Below are positions 27,619-36,935 of a DNA stretch of 64,000 bases, one piece after another (position 1 is the first letter of the stretch; each line of letters opens with the position of its first letter). The notes beneath the pieces were generated by a model. It was not told the origin of the DNA. It saw only the letters and a program-made list of their open reading frames with translations, and made no database searches. This stretch comes from Bacteroidales bacterium. Its GTDB lineage: Bacteria; Bacteroidota; Bacteroidia; Bacteroidales; WCHB1-69. The position numbers and the translations under genes are program-made. The DNA lies in assembly GCA_045130275.1 (NCBI GenBank), contig JBGUPL010000013.1:3900-67899 (forward strand), in the 5' to 3' direction.

Positions 27619-27699
27619 CATTAACCTTCTAACCATCTAACCCATAACCTTTTAACCTTCTAACCCCCTAACCTTCTAACCCTCTAACCTTCTAACCAT
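27619..27699. repeat. Octamer array (ten TAACC cores, mostly TTCTAACC)
   Basis: TAACC recurs at 8-nt spacing (once at 7) from 27622 to 27697. The plus strand has no G across the array, which ends 4 nt before the ATG. Confidence 0.9.
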
Positions 27700-27703
27700 A
27701 AAA

Positions 27704-28489
27704 ATGACCTACTACACCTTCGACAGCACCTTAGACGGCCTACTCACGGCGGTCTTCGAGGCGTTTGCCCTGCGCGAACGGCCAGAAAAACTGTTGTCGG
27801 AAGGCGAGACCGTGTCCTTGTTCTGCGACCGCCTCTACCAAGTGTCCACCGACGAAGAGAAGGCACGCCGAGTATGGAAAGGATTAGAGAAACGACTGTC
27901 GAAAGAAGCACTCAAAATGCTTTATGTCAGCTGGTTATCAGAACTTCCGGAACTCAACAACGCACTATTCCAATATATCTGCAAGGTATTCCGGCAACCG
28001 GAAGGGGAAACGAGCATCGAGCGGAACTTCGCCGACCCGGACGTGCTCGCCGTGACCAACATCGCCCGCAAGGTGCTGCACGAACAGCTGCGGATGAAAC
28101 AGTTCATCCGTTTCCAGAAGGCCAAGGACGGCACCTACCTGGCTGTTGTCGCGCCCGACCACAACGTGCTGCCGCTCATCATCGACCATTTCGCCGACCG
28201 GTTCAACGACCAGCCGTGGCTCATCTACGACGCCAAGCGGCATTACGGGTATTACTACGACGGCACGGGAGCCCCTTCCCGCATCACCTTCGCCGACGAG
28301 TCGGCCGTGACGTTCAACCTCGCCAACGGCCGTCTGAACGACGACGTGCTAAGCGACGATGACCAACTTTTGCAGGAGCTATGGCGCACCTACTTCAAAG
28401 CTATCTGCATCCGCGAGCGCCTGAACCCGCGCAAACAGCTTCAGGATATGCCGCGAAGATATTGGAAGTACTTGACAGAAAAGCAGTAA
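27704..28489 (+). CDS. DUF4130/TIGR03915-type putative DNA metabolism protein, the usual partner of the radical SAM gene at 24900
   Basis: 261 aa. The N-terminus MTYYTFDSTLDGLLTAVFEAF and the C-terminus ...WRTYFKAICIRERLNPRKQLQDMPRRYWKYLTE are typical of this family as I recall it. Confidence 0.65.
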   Translation: MTYYTFDSTLDGLLTAVFEAFALRERPEKLLSEGETVSLFCDRLYQVSTDEEKARRVWKGLEKRLSKEALKMLYVSWLSELPELNNALFQYICKVFRQPEGETSIERNFADPDVLAVTNIARKVLHEQLRMKQFIRFQKAKDGTYLAVVAPDHNVLPLIIDHFADRFNDQPWLIYDAKRHYGYYYDGTGAPSRITFADESAVTFNLANGRLNDDVLSDDDQLLQELWRTYFKAICIRERLNPRKQLQDMPRRYWKYLTEKQ

Positions 28490-28506
28490 CGATTCCGAAT
28501 AATGGG

Positions 28507-30255
28507 CTAATCAATATTCTTGATTAAATCCATCACATATATCACCACCTCATACAGAACTCCGTGACGGAGTCCCGGTACTGCATTGACATTCATGGTG
28601 AAGGTGTTTCCATCGACAAAACAGACCATATCGCGGATAGGCATGGCGGCCTCCGGACCGAGCAAGGCGACAAACGCATTGAAATCAACTTGTGCGAAAA
28701 CAGCATGGTTTAAGAACTCTTTCGGCCATTCGCGCTCAAAAGGCTGCGAAAGTGTTTCTATTCCCTTGAGACTCTTGGTGTAGAACATCAGCCCGTCCTT
28801 CACCAACACGCAGGAAGAGTCTTCTTTCACGATTTGCGTGAAAGTCTCATAATCCATCTCTTTCTTGTTGGTTATAATCACATAGGCATCCCAACCATCT
28901 ATCTTTTTGTGATTCAGTGTTTTCATATTAATCGTGGAATCCTCTGGATCCACAGCTGAAGCGAACGACAATCCGAGCATTTCAAAAGTGTCAAAATCTT
29001 CAGGAAATTGGGGTGACGACATCGGTTCCTCCGATGCATTCTCCTTTTTCTTCTCGTCCATCGCTTTTTTACGCGCATGGAAAGTGGAGTCTGTAATGTG
29101 GTTGCTGACAGCCACATAACGTTCCAAGGCTCCGCGCACTTGTTCAGGATGGTCTATGAGGGTGACCGCTTGCATCTGGTATTCCGTTGCGGAGAGAGCT
29201 AACGTGAACACAAACGGTTTGTTCAACAACGGGCAAAGTTCACGCCACTGCGGAAGTGTTGTCATGTAGGGTTTCGCAAGGTCACCGTAACCTTCTATCG
29301 AACTGGCAGCCAAAACCAGATAGTCGCCCGACACGTATGGCATTAACCGCCTCAACGCCTCGGGGGATGACTTCAAGGCTTGGAATTCCGGAATGGGGGT
29401 GCGTTGATGGATCTCGCTTACAGCGGTAATACGGTCATGAAAAACATCTCCTCGTGAAAACAACTCCATATCCAGCTTAGCGAAAGCATCTTGAACATCT
29501 TTGGAAGTGGGGAAATAAACAGCCACTGCGTTGCTGAGGGTACGGATAAGTGGGTTGTTGGAACGATAGGCGGTATAAGAATCCCAACCCTTGGTCAGCA
29601 TGGTGGTCGCCAACTCACTTGAAGCAAATTTTGAACTGCTGATCCGGTTCCATAATTGCATAGGTGTTTCCTTATTTTTGTAGAAAGACTCCAACATAAG
29701 ATCAATGTCGTTGGTGTCCGGAATGGTCGAGTTGAACACGGGACTTGAATAGATGGCGTTCATGTCGTTGAGCAACGCAAGACAGGCGACATCTTCCGTG
29801 CAGATTACAGCTGCGCTTATGCTTTCTTCATCAAAAAGCATACAACGGAATTTCCGGCCAGAAGGATCCGTCATCGTCTCGAACGGCGGCACCGATTTGT
29901 CAAGAGAACGGATTGTTTTCTCGAAGTTCTTCTCATTATTCAACGGCAGGATGATGTATCGGGAATCAACCATGGCTGCCGTCGCGGTGAAATCAACGCC
30001 CATCTTACTGTCTTTCTTTATCCAACTCTGCACCAGCTTTTTGGAGAACTTTAGACTGTCATATAGTGGCTTAAGGAAGTTTTCACGATGCATGGACTCC
30101 AATTCAAATGCCCGCGCCAAAGTGTCGAGGTTCACCATGGATATCGAATAGCTGCTGTCAGGCACATAGTTGAGCACTCGCAGATGTTTCGGAACTTGCG
30201 CAAACGCGACCGACACCATAAATAACATAATGATTGTTAATATTTTACGCTTCAT
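28507..30255 (-). CDS. Hypothetical secreted protein of unknown function
   Basis: Long ORF. The start is set at MKRKILTIIMLFMVSVAFA|Q (signal peptide). No motif recognised. Confidence 0.7.
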   Translation of the reverse strand: MKRKILTIIMLFMVSVAFAQVPKHLRVLNYVPDSSYSISMVNLDTLARAFELESMHRENFLKPLYDSLKFSKKLVQSWIKKDSKMGVDFTATAAMVDSRYIILPLNNEKNFEKTIRSLDKSVPPFETMTDPSGRKFRCMLFDEESISAAVICTEDVACLALLNDMNAIYSSPVFNSTIPDTNDIDLMLESFYKNKETPMQLWNRISSSKFASSELATTMLTKGWDSYTAYRSNNPLIRTLSNAVAVYFPTSKDVQDAFAKLDMELFSRGDVFHDRITAVSEIHQRTPIPEFQALKSSPEALRRLMPYVSGDYLVLAASSIEGYGDLAKPYMTTLPQWRELCPLLNKPFVFTLALSATEYQMQAVTLIDHPEQVRGALERYVAVSNHITDSTFHARKKAMDEKKKENASEEPMSSPQFPEDFDTFEMLGLSFASAVDPEDSTINMKTLNHKKIDGWDAYVIITNKKEMDYETFTQIVKEDSSCVLVKDGLMFYTKSLKGIETLSQPFEREWPKEFLNHAVFAQVDFNAFVALLGPEAAMPIRDMVCFVDGNTFTMNVNAVPGLRHGVLYEVVIYVMDLIKNID

Positions 30256-30344
30256 ATTACAAAAAATTAATTTATAGACAAACAATAGATTTTTCAACTC
30301 TTATGACACAAATAATATAAAAGGTTGCACCTTAAAAATAATCT

Positions 30345-30372
30345 TTCTTCATTCTACATTCTTCATTCTACA
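30345..30372. repeat. 14-nt direct repeat x2 (ttcttcattctaca)
   Basis: Two exact copies; the second contains the sbcC stop codon. Confidence 0.85.
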
Positions 30373-33300
30373 TTATGAATTGTCACCTCGCTCGTTCCGT
30401 GGCTCACCGGCTGCACGATGATTTTGGTCGGGATTTTGTCAGCAAGGACATCCAAATGGCTGATGATGCCGATACTGCAATGTACGATGTGGTGCAATTG
30501 CTGGAGGGTGTTGACCACACTGTCGCACAATGTCCCGTCAAGTTGGCTGATGCCCTCGTCGATGAAGAGGAAATCGGAGGAGATGCCTTGCAGGGCGAGG
30601 TTGGAAAGGCCGAGCGCGAGCGCGATTGAAATCAAGAAACTTTCGCCGCCGGAGACCATCTCGACAGGACGTGGCGCGTCACCCAAGTACTTGTCTTTCA
30701 CCAAGATCATAAGTTCGCGGCCCGCACCGGTGAGTTCGTAACGGTCGGAGAGCATCCCGAGGAAATAGTTGGTGTTGTCCAGGAGTTTCTGCAGGATGAA
30801 ACTCTGCGCAATCTTGCGGAAGGTCTTGCCGGTGCTGTCGCCGAAGACGTTGTTGAGTCGCTCCCACTGCCGCACCTGTTGTTGCAAGGCATCCAACTTC
30901 GCCAAGGTATCGGCATATTTCCGTTTGTTGTCGGCATCCTGCCGTAAAATCTGCTGAATCTGTCCTATTTGCTGTGACTTCTGCGTCTTCAGATCGTTTT
31001 TTGTGCGGATTTGCTGCTCAATATCGGAAAGTGGCTCCTCTTCACCCATCTCCGGCTTCGACTCCTCATGTTTCCGCAGCGTTTCCTGCGCCTGCTGCCA
31101 TTTGCCGTATGCGGTATGCGCTACTTCCTGCACCGTTTTCAGCTGCTCACGAAGCTGGGCAATCATCTCAGCGGATATGCCAGCCAATTCCGACAACATC
31201 TGTTCTGAGATTTCCGAATGCTGACGATAATAGTCTTGCAAAAAAACTTCCGTTTGGGACATCTTCTTGGACAATTCCGACTGCTTTTGCGCCAGCACCA
31301 CACAGTTTTCGGCCAACTGCATCCATTCTTCGGCCAATTGTTCGCACGGTTTGGCAACTTCAGAAGCGGGGAATGGGAACAACGCCGACACTTTTTTCTC
31401 GAAAGTATGCATTTGTTGCAGTTCAAGCTCTCTTTTTTCGGCAGAATCCTGCCGGTTTCTTAACACCTCCTTGCATTTTTCGTAAGCTTTGGCTTCCCTG
31501 TCAAGTGTTTCGGCTGTTTCGGGCGGATTTTCTTCCCATTTTGGGTATATTTCACTGAAAAATGCGGCCAATTCCGCTTTGGAAGTCTCAATATTTTGGT
31601 CAGTTTGCGTTTTTTGAGCTTGAAGACTGTCCAACGACTTCTGTGCGGAAACGAGATTCACTTCCGCCTGATGCCTGTCAGCCGTCAGTTCCTCCATCCG
31701 CTTGCCCTGCTGCGAAAGCAACTCCGTTTTCTCCGTCAATTGCTTGTTGAGTTGAATAGCCGCCTGAATTCGGCAAGCGATTTCCTTAGCAGCCGAATCA
31801 GCAGTAAAAATCTGGTTTTCAATTTGTTCGTCAATGGTTTTGTCCATTGTGATATTCAACGACTTACAGGTTTCTCCCAAAGCCGTCAAGGCGGTTTTCT
31901 GTTGCTGGGATTTATTTTGGAGATCCTTTTGTGCGATCTCGAATCCAGCCTGCGCACGACTCAGGTTGGTGGCGGCGACATCCATCGCGTTCTTGGCGTC
32001 CGTCAAGGCAACGTTCGCCTCAGAAAGTTGTTGTTGCAACATCTTGACGCTTTGCTCAACCGCTTCATTGGTAAGCAGTTGTTCCACTTTTTGCCCGCAA
32101 ACGGGACAAGTGTCGCCCACTTGGAGTCCCGCGCGGATTTGCTTGGCGAAGTCGTTGACGCTCTGCGCCGCGGAATCGTAGCATTTCTGGGCCGTTTCTT
32201 GCGCCGCCTTCGCCGACGAATAACGCCGCTGCGCTTCCGCGAATTGCTGGCCAAGTTCCTGAACATTCTGCTGTTGCGTCGTCACCGCATTTTTCAACGC
32301 GGCAATCGCATCTTGCTGATTTCTAAGTTCCTGAACCGACTTTCGGATGTTCGCCAACTGGTTCAACAGATTCGTCTTCTCCGTTTGCTGGCGGGTGAGT
32401 TCCGCCAAATCGAACTGCTGTGTCTGCGACTTCAACGTTGCCGCTTCTTGCGTGAGTTGGGTGATGATTTCCTGCTGCTGACCTATTTCTCCCTTTTTTT
32501 TCTCCAAAGCCTCCCCATATTGCCCAATAGAAACAGTTGTGGCCTTGATTTTGTCCTCTGTCTGCGATAAATCTTGCTGGAAACGGGCAAATTGACCGAG
32601 TTTTTCGCACAGGACAGGAGCTTCAGCATACACATCCACCTTATATGCCTGGGTTTTCTGCTCGTTTTGGAGTTTTTCAATTTCAGCATGTAACAACTCG
32701 AGTTGTTGCCGTTCATACTGCAATCCCGATGTAAGTAATTGATATTCTGACTTATACTTTTTTTCTGACGCTTGAAGAAGATCAACATCTTGACGAAGTT
32801 GCACCATTTCTGCGTAAGTTTTGCGCACCTTTTCAGTCTTCTCCCAACGCTGTACAGTTTCCTGCGTACGAAGATGCGCTTCGGATTTTGTTGCGGCATC
32901 GGCTGATACCCATTGAGCCTCAGAAGTTCTTACATTTTCTTGATATTGAGCCAGTTGATTAATCCAATTGGATTTATTTGTCAACACCTTCAATTCTTCG
33001 TCAATCTGCTTGTTTTCCGCCTCTATATCTTGTATATTCTGCTGATATTCAGTAATTTGCTCCTCATTTAGGCGTACAATGTTCTCATTCTGGCTGTTGA
33101 GTTGCTCATATGCTCTCTTTTGGGCGTTGTATTTCTCATAAATCCTCCGACCAATCTCCGAAAAGATACTCGTATCGGTCAGCTTTTCAAGGATTTCCGC
33201 CTTGGCGTTCTGGTCGCTTTTCATGAACTTGGTGAACTCACCCTGCGCTAGCATCGTGGTGCGGCAGAATTGATCGTAGGTCAGCCCCGTGACCGTAATC

Positions 33301-33758
33301 ACCTGCTGTTCAACTTCTTTCACCTTATTCCAAACTCCATTTTCGGAAGTCAGCGACCATTCCACATTATTCAGATTTCCATTGCGGTTGATAGAGAATG
33401 CGGTTTTAGCGGTATATGTAACACTATCATTTCCAACGAATTGCAGACTACACCAACCATCTTTCGTGCCACGTTTGAGATACTGCCGCAGGTCGTTGAT
33501 GGCGATGCCTTTGTTCTTGTCGCTGAACTGGAATTCGGGGTCGGAGTACTGATTCTCTTTCTTTTCGGCGATGCTTTGCAGCCGCGGCGTTTTGCAGAAC
33601 AACGCCATGCAGATCGCATCGAGAATAGTGCTCTTGCCCGCACCCGAGGGACCCCAAATCATGAAAATATGCTGATTCTCGGGCATCAGATGCTCAAAAT
33701 CGACAACCGCTTCCGCAATGGAGTTGATATTTCGTATATCTAATCGTTTGAATTTCAT
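30363..33758 (-). CDS. sbcC: SbcC/Rad50-like ATPase of the SbcCD nuclease
   Basis: 1131 aa with Walker A GPSGAGKST, a long coiled-coil carrying the CPVCGQ zinc hook, and C-terminal SGGE...LFIDEG. Confidence 0.9.
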   Translation of the reverse strand: MKFKRLDIRNINSIAEAVVDFEHLMPENQHIFMIWGPSGAGKSTILDAICMALFCKTPRLQSIAEKKENQYSDPEFQFSDKNKGIAINDLRQYLKRGTKDGWCSLQFVGNDSVTYTAKTAFSINRNGNLNNVEWSLTSENGVWNKVKEVEQQVITVTGLTYDQFCRTTMLAQGEFTKFMKSDQNAKAEILEKLTDTSIFSEIGRRIYEKYNAQKRAYEQLNSQNENIVRLNEEQITEYQQNIQDIEAENKQIDEELKVLTNKSNWINQLAQYQENVRTSEAQWVSADAATKSEAHLRTQETVQRWEKTEKVRKTYAEMVQLRQDVDLLQASEKKYKSEYQLLTSGLQYERQQLELLHAEIEKLQNEQKTQAYKVDVYAEAPVLCEKLGQFARFQQDLSQTEDKIKATTVSIGQYGEALEKKKGEIGQQQEIITQLTQEAATLKSQTQQFDLAELTRQQTEKTNLLNQLANIRKSVQELRNQQDAIAALKNAVTTQQQNVQELGQQFAEAQRRYSSAKAAQETAQKCYDSAAQSVNDFAKQIRAGLQVGDTCPVCGQKVEQLLTNEAVEQSVKMLQQQLSEANVALTDAKNAMDVAATNLSRAQAGFEIAQKDLQNKSQQQKTALTALGETCKSLNITMDKTIDEQIENQIFTADSAAKEIACRIQAAIQLNKQLTEKTELLSQQGKRMEELTADRHQAEVNLVSAQKSLDSLQAQKTQTDQNIETSKAELAAFFSEIYPKWEENPPETAETLDREAKAYEKCKEVLRNRQDSAEKRELELQQMHTFEKKVSALFPFPASEVAKPCEQLAEEWMQLAENCVVLAQKQSELSKKMSQTEVFLQDYYRQHSEISEQMLSELAGISAEMIAQLREQLKTVQEVAHTAYGKWQQAQETLRKHEESKPEMGEEEPLSDIEQQIRTKNDLKTQKSQQIGQIQQILRQDADNKRKYADTLAKLDALQQQVRQWERLNNVFGDSTGKTFRKIAQSFILQKLLDNTNYFLGMLSDRYELTGAGRELMILVKDKYLGDAPRPVEMVSGGESFLISIALALGLSNLALQGISSDFLFIDEGISQLDGTLCDSVVNTLQQLHHIVHCSIGIISHLDVLADKIPTKIIVQPVSHGTSEVTIHNVE

Positions 33759-33778
33759 TATTTAGTGGTTGGTGAACA

Positions 33779-33794
33779 GTTTAAGGTTTAAGGT
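33779..33794. repeat. Heptamer repeat (GTTTAAG x2.3) in the sbcD-sbcC spacer
   Basis: Read directly. Confidence 0.6.
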
Positions 33795-33811
33795 AATAAA
33801 AATTTGAAACA

Positions 33812-33872
33812 CATTCCTTGAGCAGTCCCAGTAGGGACAAGAGCTCGGTAGAATTTTGAAATGAATTCGCAA
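33812..33872 (+). repeat. Copy B of the conserved intergenic hairpin element (see 24809-24863)
   Basis: CATTCCTTgagCAGTCCCagtaGGGACAAGAGCTCGGTA...ATTCGCAA, in the sbcD-sbcC spacer. Confidence 0.8.
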
Positions 33873-33885
33873 CCATGGTTAGTAG

Positions 33886-35073
33886 CTATCGTGATTGTTC
33901 CTCCCTAACCTCTTGTATGACAGAATGTAACAATTCTTTCAGCGTATCGTCCATATCGGTTTGGAGGGTGTCGGTGAAGTAGCGTTCGGCAATCTCGAAG
34001 GGGTCTTTTTCGCGGAATTCCGACAGGTTGAAGTCCGGTTTTTCCACAGCAGTCTTGCCTTCGGAGGTGGGACGCGAGACTTTGTAGTCGCAATAGAGGA
34101 GGTCTTCGCCGCGTTCCAAAATGCCGCGTATTCGGTTCTCCGTGTCGGAGGGCAGCCGCTCGGCCGACAAGACATTGACCTGCACATAGCCCTGTCGTTC
34201 AGGAAGATGCGTCTCCAAATAGTCCAAAGCCTCTTCCAACGGCTGCGGTTCGGCGGGAATCATATAGAATTTTCGCAAGGGTTCCAGATCGATCGTTTCT
34301 ATCTTTGGCATATCCCCGTGATTATCAATGGTGACCATCGTCACTGAGTGCGAAAACTGCTCTTTGAAGTTGAGCTGCACCGGACTGCCGCAGTAGCGCG
34401 CCTTGCCATTCGGCAGGGTCTGCGGTGTGTGGATATGCCCTAGCGCAAAATAGTCGTAATAATCATCTATATCACAGAGATTCATACTGTTAATACCACC
34501 AACTATGTCACGGCCGTTGAACGAGGTGCTCTCATGCGCGCTGAAGATGGCGTTGCCAATTGTAGTATGTCCCATCAGAATTACAGGCAAATTCCGGGTG
34601 TTTCGAGCACGGATTTCGGTCAGCACAATATTGTATAGATCATTTTGATAATCAGGCACATAAGGAATAGCCGCAATCCAGCCTTTGTCGGGAATCTCGA
34701 CAATGTGTTTGTCGAGAAGATATTGGTCGTCAGCACGTTCCGCCGCGCCGACAAAGTAGGCGTTCACGCGCCGCCACACCCCGGACATACTCTCCACTCG
34801 CGAACTACTGTCGTGGTTGCCGGCCGTGAGGACAACCGGCATTTCCGGTGCCAAGTCGCAGATTCTAAGCAGATTGTCGGAAAGGAAACGCATGGAACTG
34901 TTGCTGGGCGCGTTCTTGTCGTAAAGGTCGCCGCTGACGATAAGCGCGTCAGGGCGCTCGCGCACAATGATATCGCAGAGTTGATCTAAGAAGCATTGGT
35001 GTTCTTCCTGCCTATCGTAGTGGAAGTTAAGCACCTGTCCGATGTGCCAGTCTGAAGTGTGTACTATTTTCAT
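33886..35073 (-). CDS. sbcD: SbcD/Mre11-like nuclease subunit
   Basis: Starts MKIVHTSDWHIGQ, with GDLYD, GNHD and GH motifs. The start is set at ATG 35073, downstream of the -7 box. Confidence 0.9.
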   Translation of the reverse strand: MKIVHTSDWHIGQVLNFHYDRQEEHQCFLDQLCDIIVRERPDALIVSGDLYDKNAPSNSSMRFLSDNLLRICDLAPEMPVVLTAGNHDSSSRVESMSGVWRRVNAYFVGAAERADDQYLLDKHIVEIPDKGWIAAIPYVPDYQNDLYNIVLTEIRARNTRNLPVILMGHTTIGNAIFSAHESTSFNGRDIVGGINSMNLCDIDDYYDYFALGHIHTPQTLPNGKARYCGSPVQLNFKEQFSHSVTMVTIDNHGDMPKIETIDLEPLRKFYMIPAEPQPLEEALDYLETHLPERQGYVQVNVLSAERLPSDTENRIRGILERGEDLLYCDYKVSRPTSEGKTAVEKPDFNLSEFREKDPFEIAERYFTDTLQTDMDDTLKELLHSVIQEVREEQSR

Positions 35074-35091
35074 TATACCCGTTTTGAGCGG

Positions 35092-35099
35092 CAAAAATA
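35092..35099 (-). promoter_or_regulatory. Candidate -7 box (TATTTTTG) for sbcDC
   Basis: Plus strand caaaaata, 19 nt upstream of ATG 35073. Confidence 0.5.
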
Positions 35100-35155
35100 C
35101 TATTTTTTCAAAGGATATTTTCCGTGGAAGCCCATGACCATGTCTTAAAAAATGT

Positions 35156-35163
35156 TATCTTTG
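35156..35163 (+). promoter_or_regulatory. Candidate -7 box (TATCTTTG) for gmk
   Basis: Exact consensus match 20 nt upstream of ATG 35183. Confidence 0.55.
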
Positions 35164-35182
35164 CAGCCTAAATCAACCTGAT

Positions 35183-35752
35183 ATGAATGGCAAAGTAATT
35201 ATTGTATCCGCGCCTTCCGGGGCCGGCAAAACCTCTATCGTCAAGCACGTTCTGAATTTCCTTCCCGAACTGCGCTTCTCCACATCGGCCACCACCCGCA
35301 CCATGCGTAAGGGTGAGGTCAACGGCAAGGACTACCATTTTCTCTCCGTGGACGACTTCAAAAAGGGTATCCGTCGCAACGATTTCCTCGAATGGGAGGA
35401 GGTATATGCCAACCAGTTCTACGGCACGCTCAAGAGCGAAATCCAACGCATCTGGGACGAGGGCAAGACGGTGATTTTCGATGTGGATGTGAAAGGAGGT
35501 CTCAACATCAAGAAATATTTCGGCGACAACGCACTGGCCATCTTTGTGGAACCGCCCACCGTGCAGGAGTTGGAAAACCGGCTTCGCAATCGCGGCACCG
35601 AGACCGAAGAGTCGTTGCGCAAAAGAGTCGAAAAGGCTGAGTACGAGCTCTCCTTCGCGCCCCAGTTCGACAAGATCATCCTCAACGACAATCTCGACGA
35701 TGCCCGTGAGGAAATGCTCCAAACAATTCGCGAATTCCTTGATAAAGAATGA
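35183..35752 (+). CDS. gmk: Guanylate kinase
   Basis: 189 aa with P-loop SAPSGAGKTS and the TTR...E..G..YHF pattern. Confidence 0.9.
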   Translation: MNGKVIIVSAPSGAGKTSIVKHVLNFLPELRFSTSATTRTMRKGEVNGKDYHFLSVDDFKKGIRRNDFLEWEEVYANQFYGTLKSEIQRIWDEGKTVIFDVDVKGGLNIKKYFGDNALAIFVEPPTVQELENRLRNRGTETEESLRKRVEKAEYELSFAPQFDKIILNDNLDDAREEMLQTIREFLDKE

Positions 35753-36867
35753 GTTGTAAGCAAAAACATATCGCCATCATCGGGGCGGGCGCTTCGGGGC
35801 TGTTCTTGGCGAGGAAGCTTTCCGAATCGCCGGAAGTGGATGTCACCGTTTTCGAGAAAAACCGCCAAGTGGGCGCTAAGTTGCGTGCCTCGGGCGGTGG
35901 CAAAGCCAACCTTTTCAACCGCGATATACGTCCAAAACACTATAATCAACCGGATTTTATCGAAGCATTGCTACGACGATATTCCCCGGAACAGCTTGAA
36001 AACCAGTTCGCTGAATGGGGTCTGGTGACCGTTTCCGACGAGGAAGGGCGTGTCTATCCTGCCTCGCAGTTCTCCCAAACTGTGGTCGATGTGCTCACTC
36101 AACATACGCATGATAAAACTCGATTAGAGACGAATTACGACATCCAACATATTGAGTATAAAAACAATACGTGGATAATCAACGACCACCCCACCCCATT
36201 TGATGTGTTGGTTCTGGCGTCAGGATCCCCTGCCGGGATGATTCCGAAAAACCAACGTAATTACAATCTCTATTTGCAAGATTTATCCCTGAAAACCAAT
36301 CCATTAGAGTCTTCTTTGTCTGGTTTTATCCTAAAAGATTACCCGAAGTCGATATCAGGCTGCCGAACGAAGGCTATTGTTTCCTTGTATCAAAACAAAA
36401 AACTGATACATAAGGAGTTCGGTGAAATCACGTTTAAGGACGACGGAGTGTCTGGTATTGTTGTCATGAACCTGTCGGCCCATTACAGACGGTTGCAATC
36501 AAAGAAGAATTGCCGCTTGGACATCAACCTCACCTATTGGGACGAAAGTTTCGACACAAGCACATATATTCATAAAAATCAAAATGTTATAGGATTATTG
36601 CATCCTAAATTGGCTGCTCTTTATCAGCAAAAGCCTTTCGACATCCATCGCCTCATCTTCCAAATCGAAGACACCTATCCGTTGGAAGGGGCGCAGGTGG
36701 CCCACGGCGGCATCGACCTGTCGGAAATTGATGGGAACTTCGCTGCAAAAAGGTTTAAGAACCTCTTTATTCTGGGCGAAATGTTGGATGTAGATGGCGT
36801 TTGCGGCGGCTACAATCTGTTTTTCGCGTTCGCATCGGCTGCGATAGTCGGAAACAATATCCTGTAG
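35749..36867 (+). CDS. NAD(P)/FAD-dependent oxidoreductase (HI0933/BaiN-like flavoprotein)
   Basis: 372 aa with the N-terminal dinucleotide fold IAIIGAGASGLFLA and a C-terminal GEMLDVDGVCGGYNL motif. ATGA start/stop overlap with gmk. Confidence 0.7.
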   Translation: MSCKQKHIAIIGAGASGLFLARKLSESPEVDVTVFEKNRQVGAKLRASGGGKANLFNRDIRPKHYNQPDFIEALLRRYSPEQLENQFAEWGLVTVSDEEGRVYPASQFSQTVVDVLTQHTHDKTRLETNYDIQHIEYKNNTWIINDHPTPFDVLVLASGSPAGMIPKNQRNYNLYLQDLSLKTNPLESSLSGFILKDYPKSISGCRTKAIVSLYQNKKLIHKEFGEITFKDDGVSGIVVMNLSAHYRRLQSKKNCRLDINLTYWDESFDTSTYIHKNQNVIGLLHPKLAALYQQKPFDIHRLIFQIEDTYPLEGAQVAHGGIDLSEIDGNFAAKRFKNLFILGEMLDVDGVCGGYNLFFAFASAAIVGNNIL

Positions 36868-36902
36868 TGGCGATTATTCGTCAATCTTCTTTCAAAAAAT
36901 CG

Positions 36903-36910
36903 TATCTTTG
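36903..36910 (+). promoter_or_regulatory. Candidate -7 box (TATCTTTG) for purL
   Basis: Exact consensus match 26 nt upstream of ATG 36936. Confidence 0.55.
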
Positions 36911-36935
36911 CGCCGCATTTTAGAATTTACAGATT

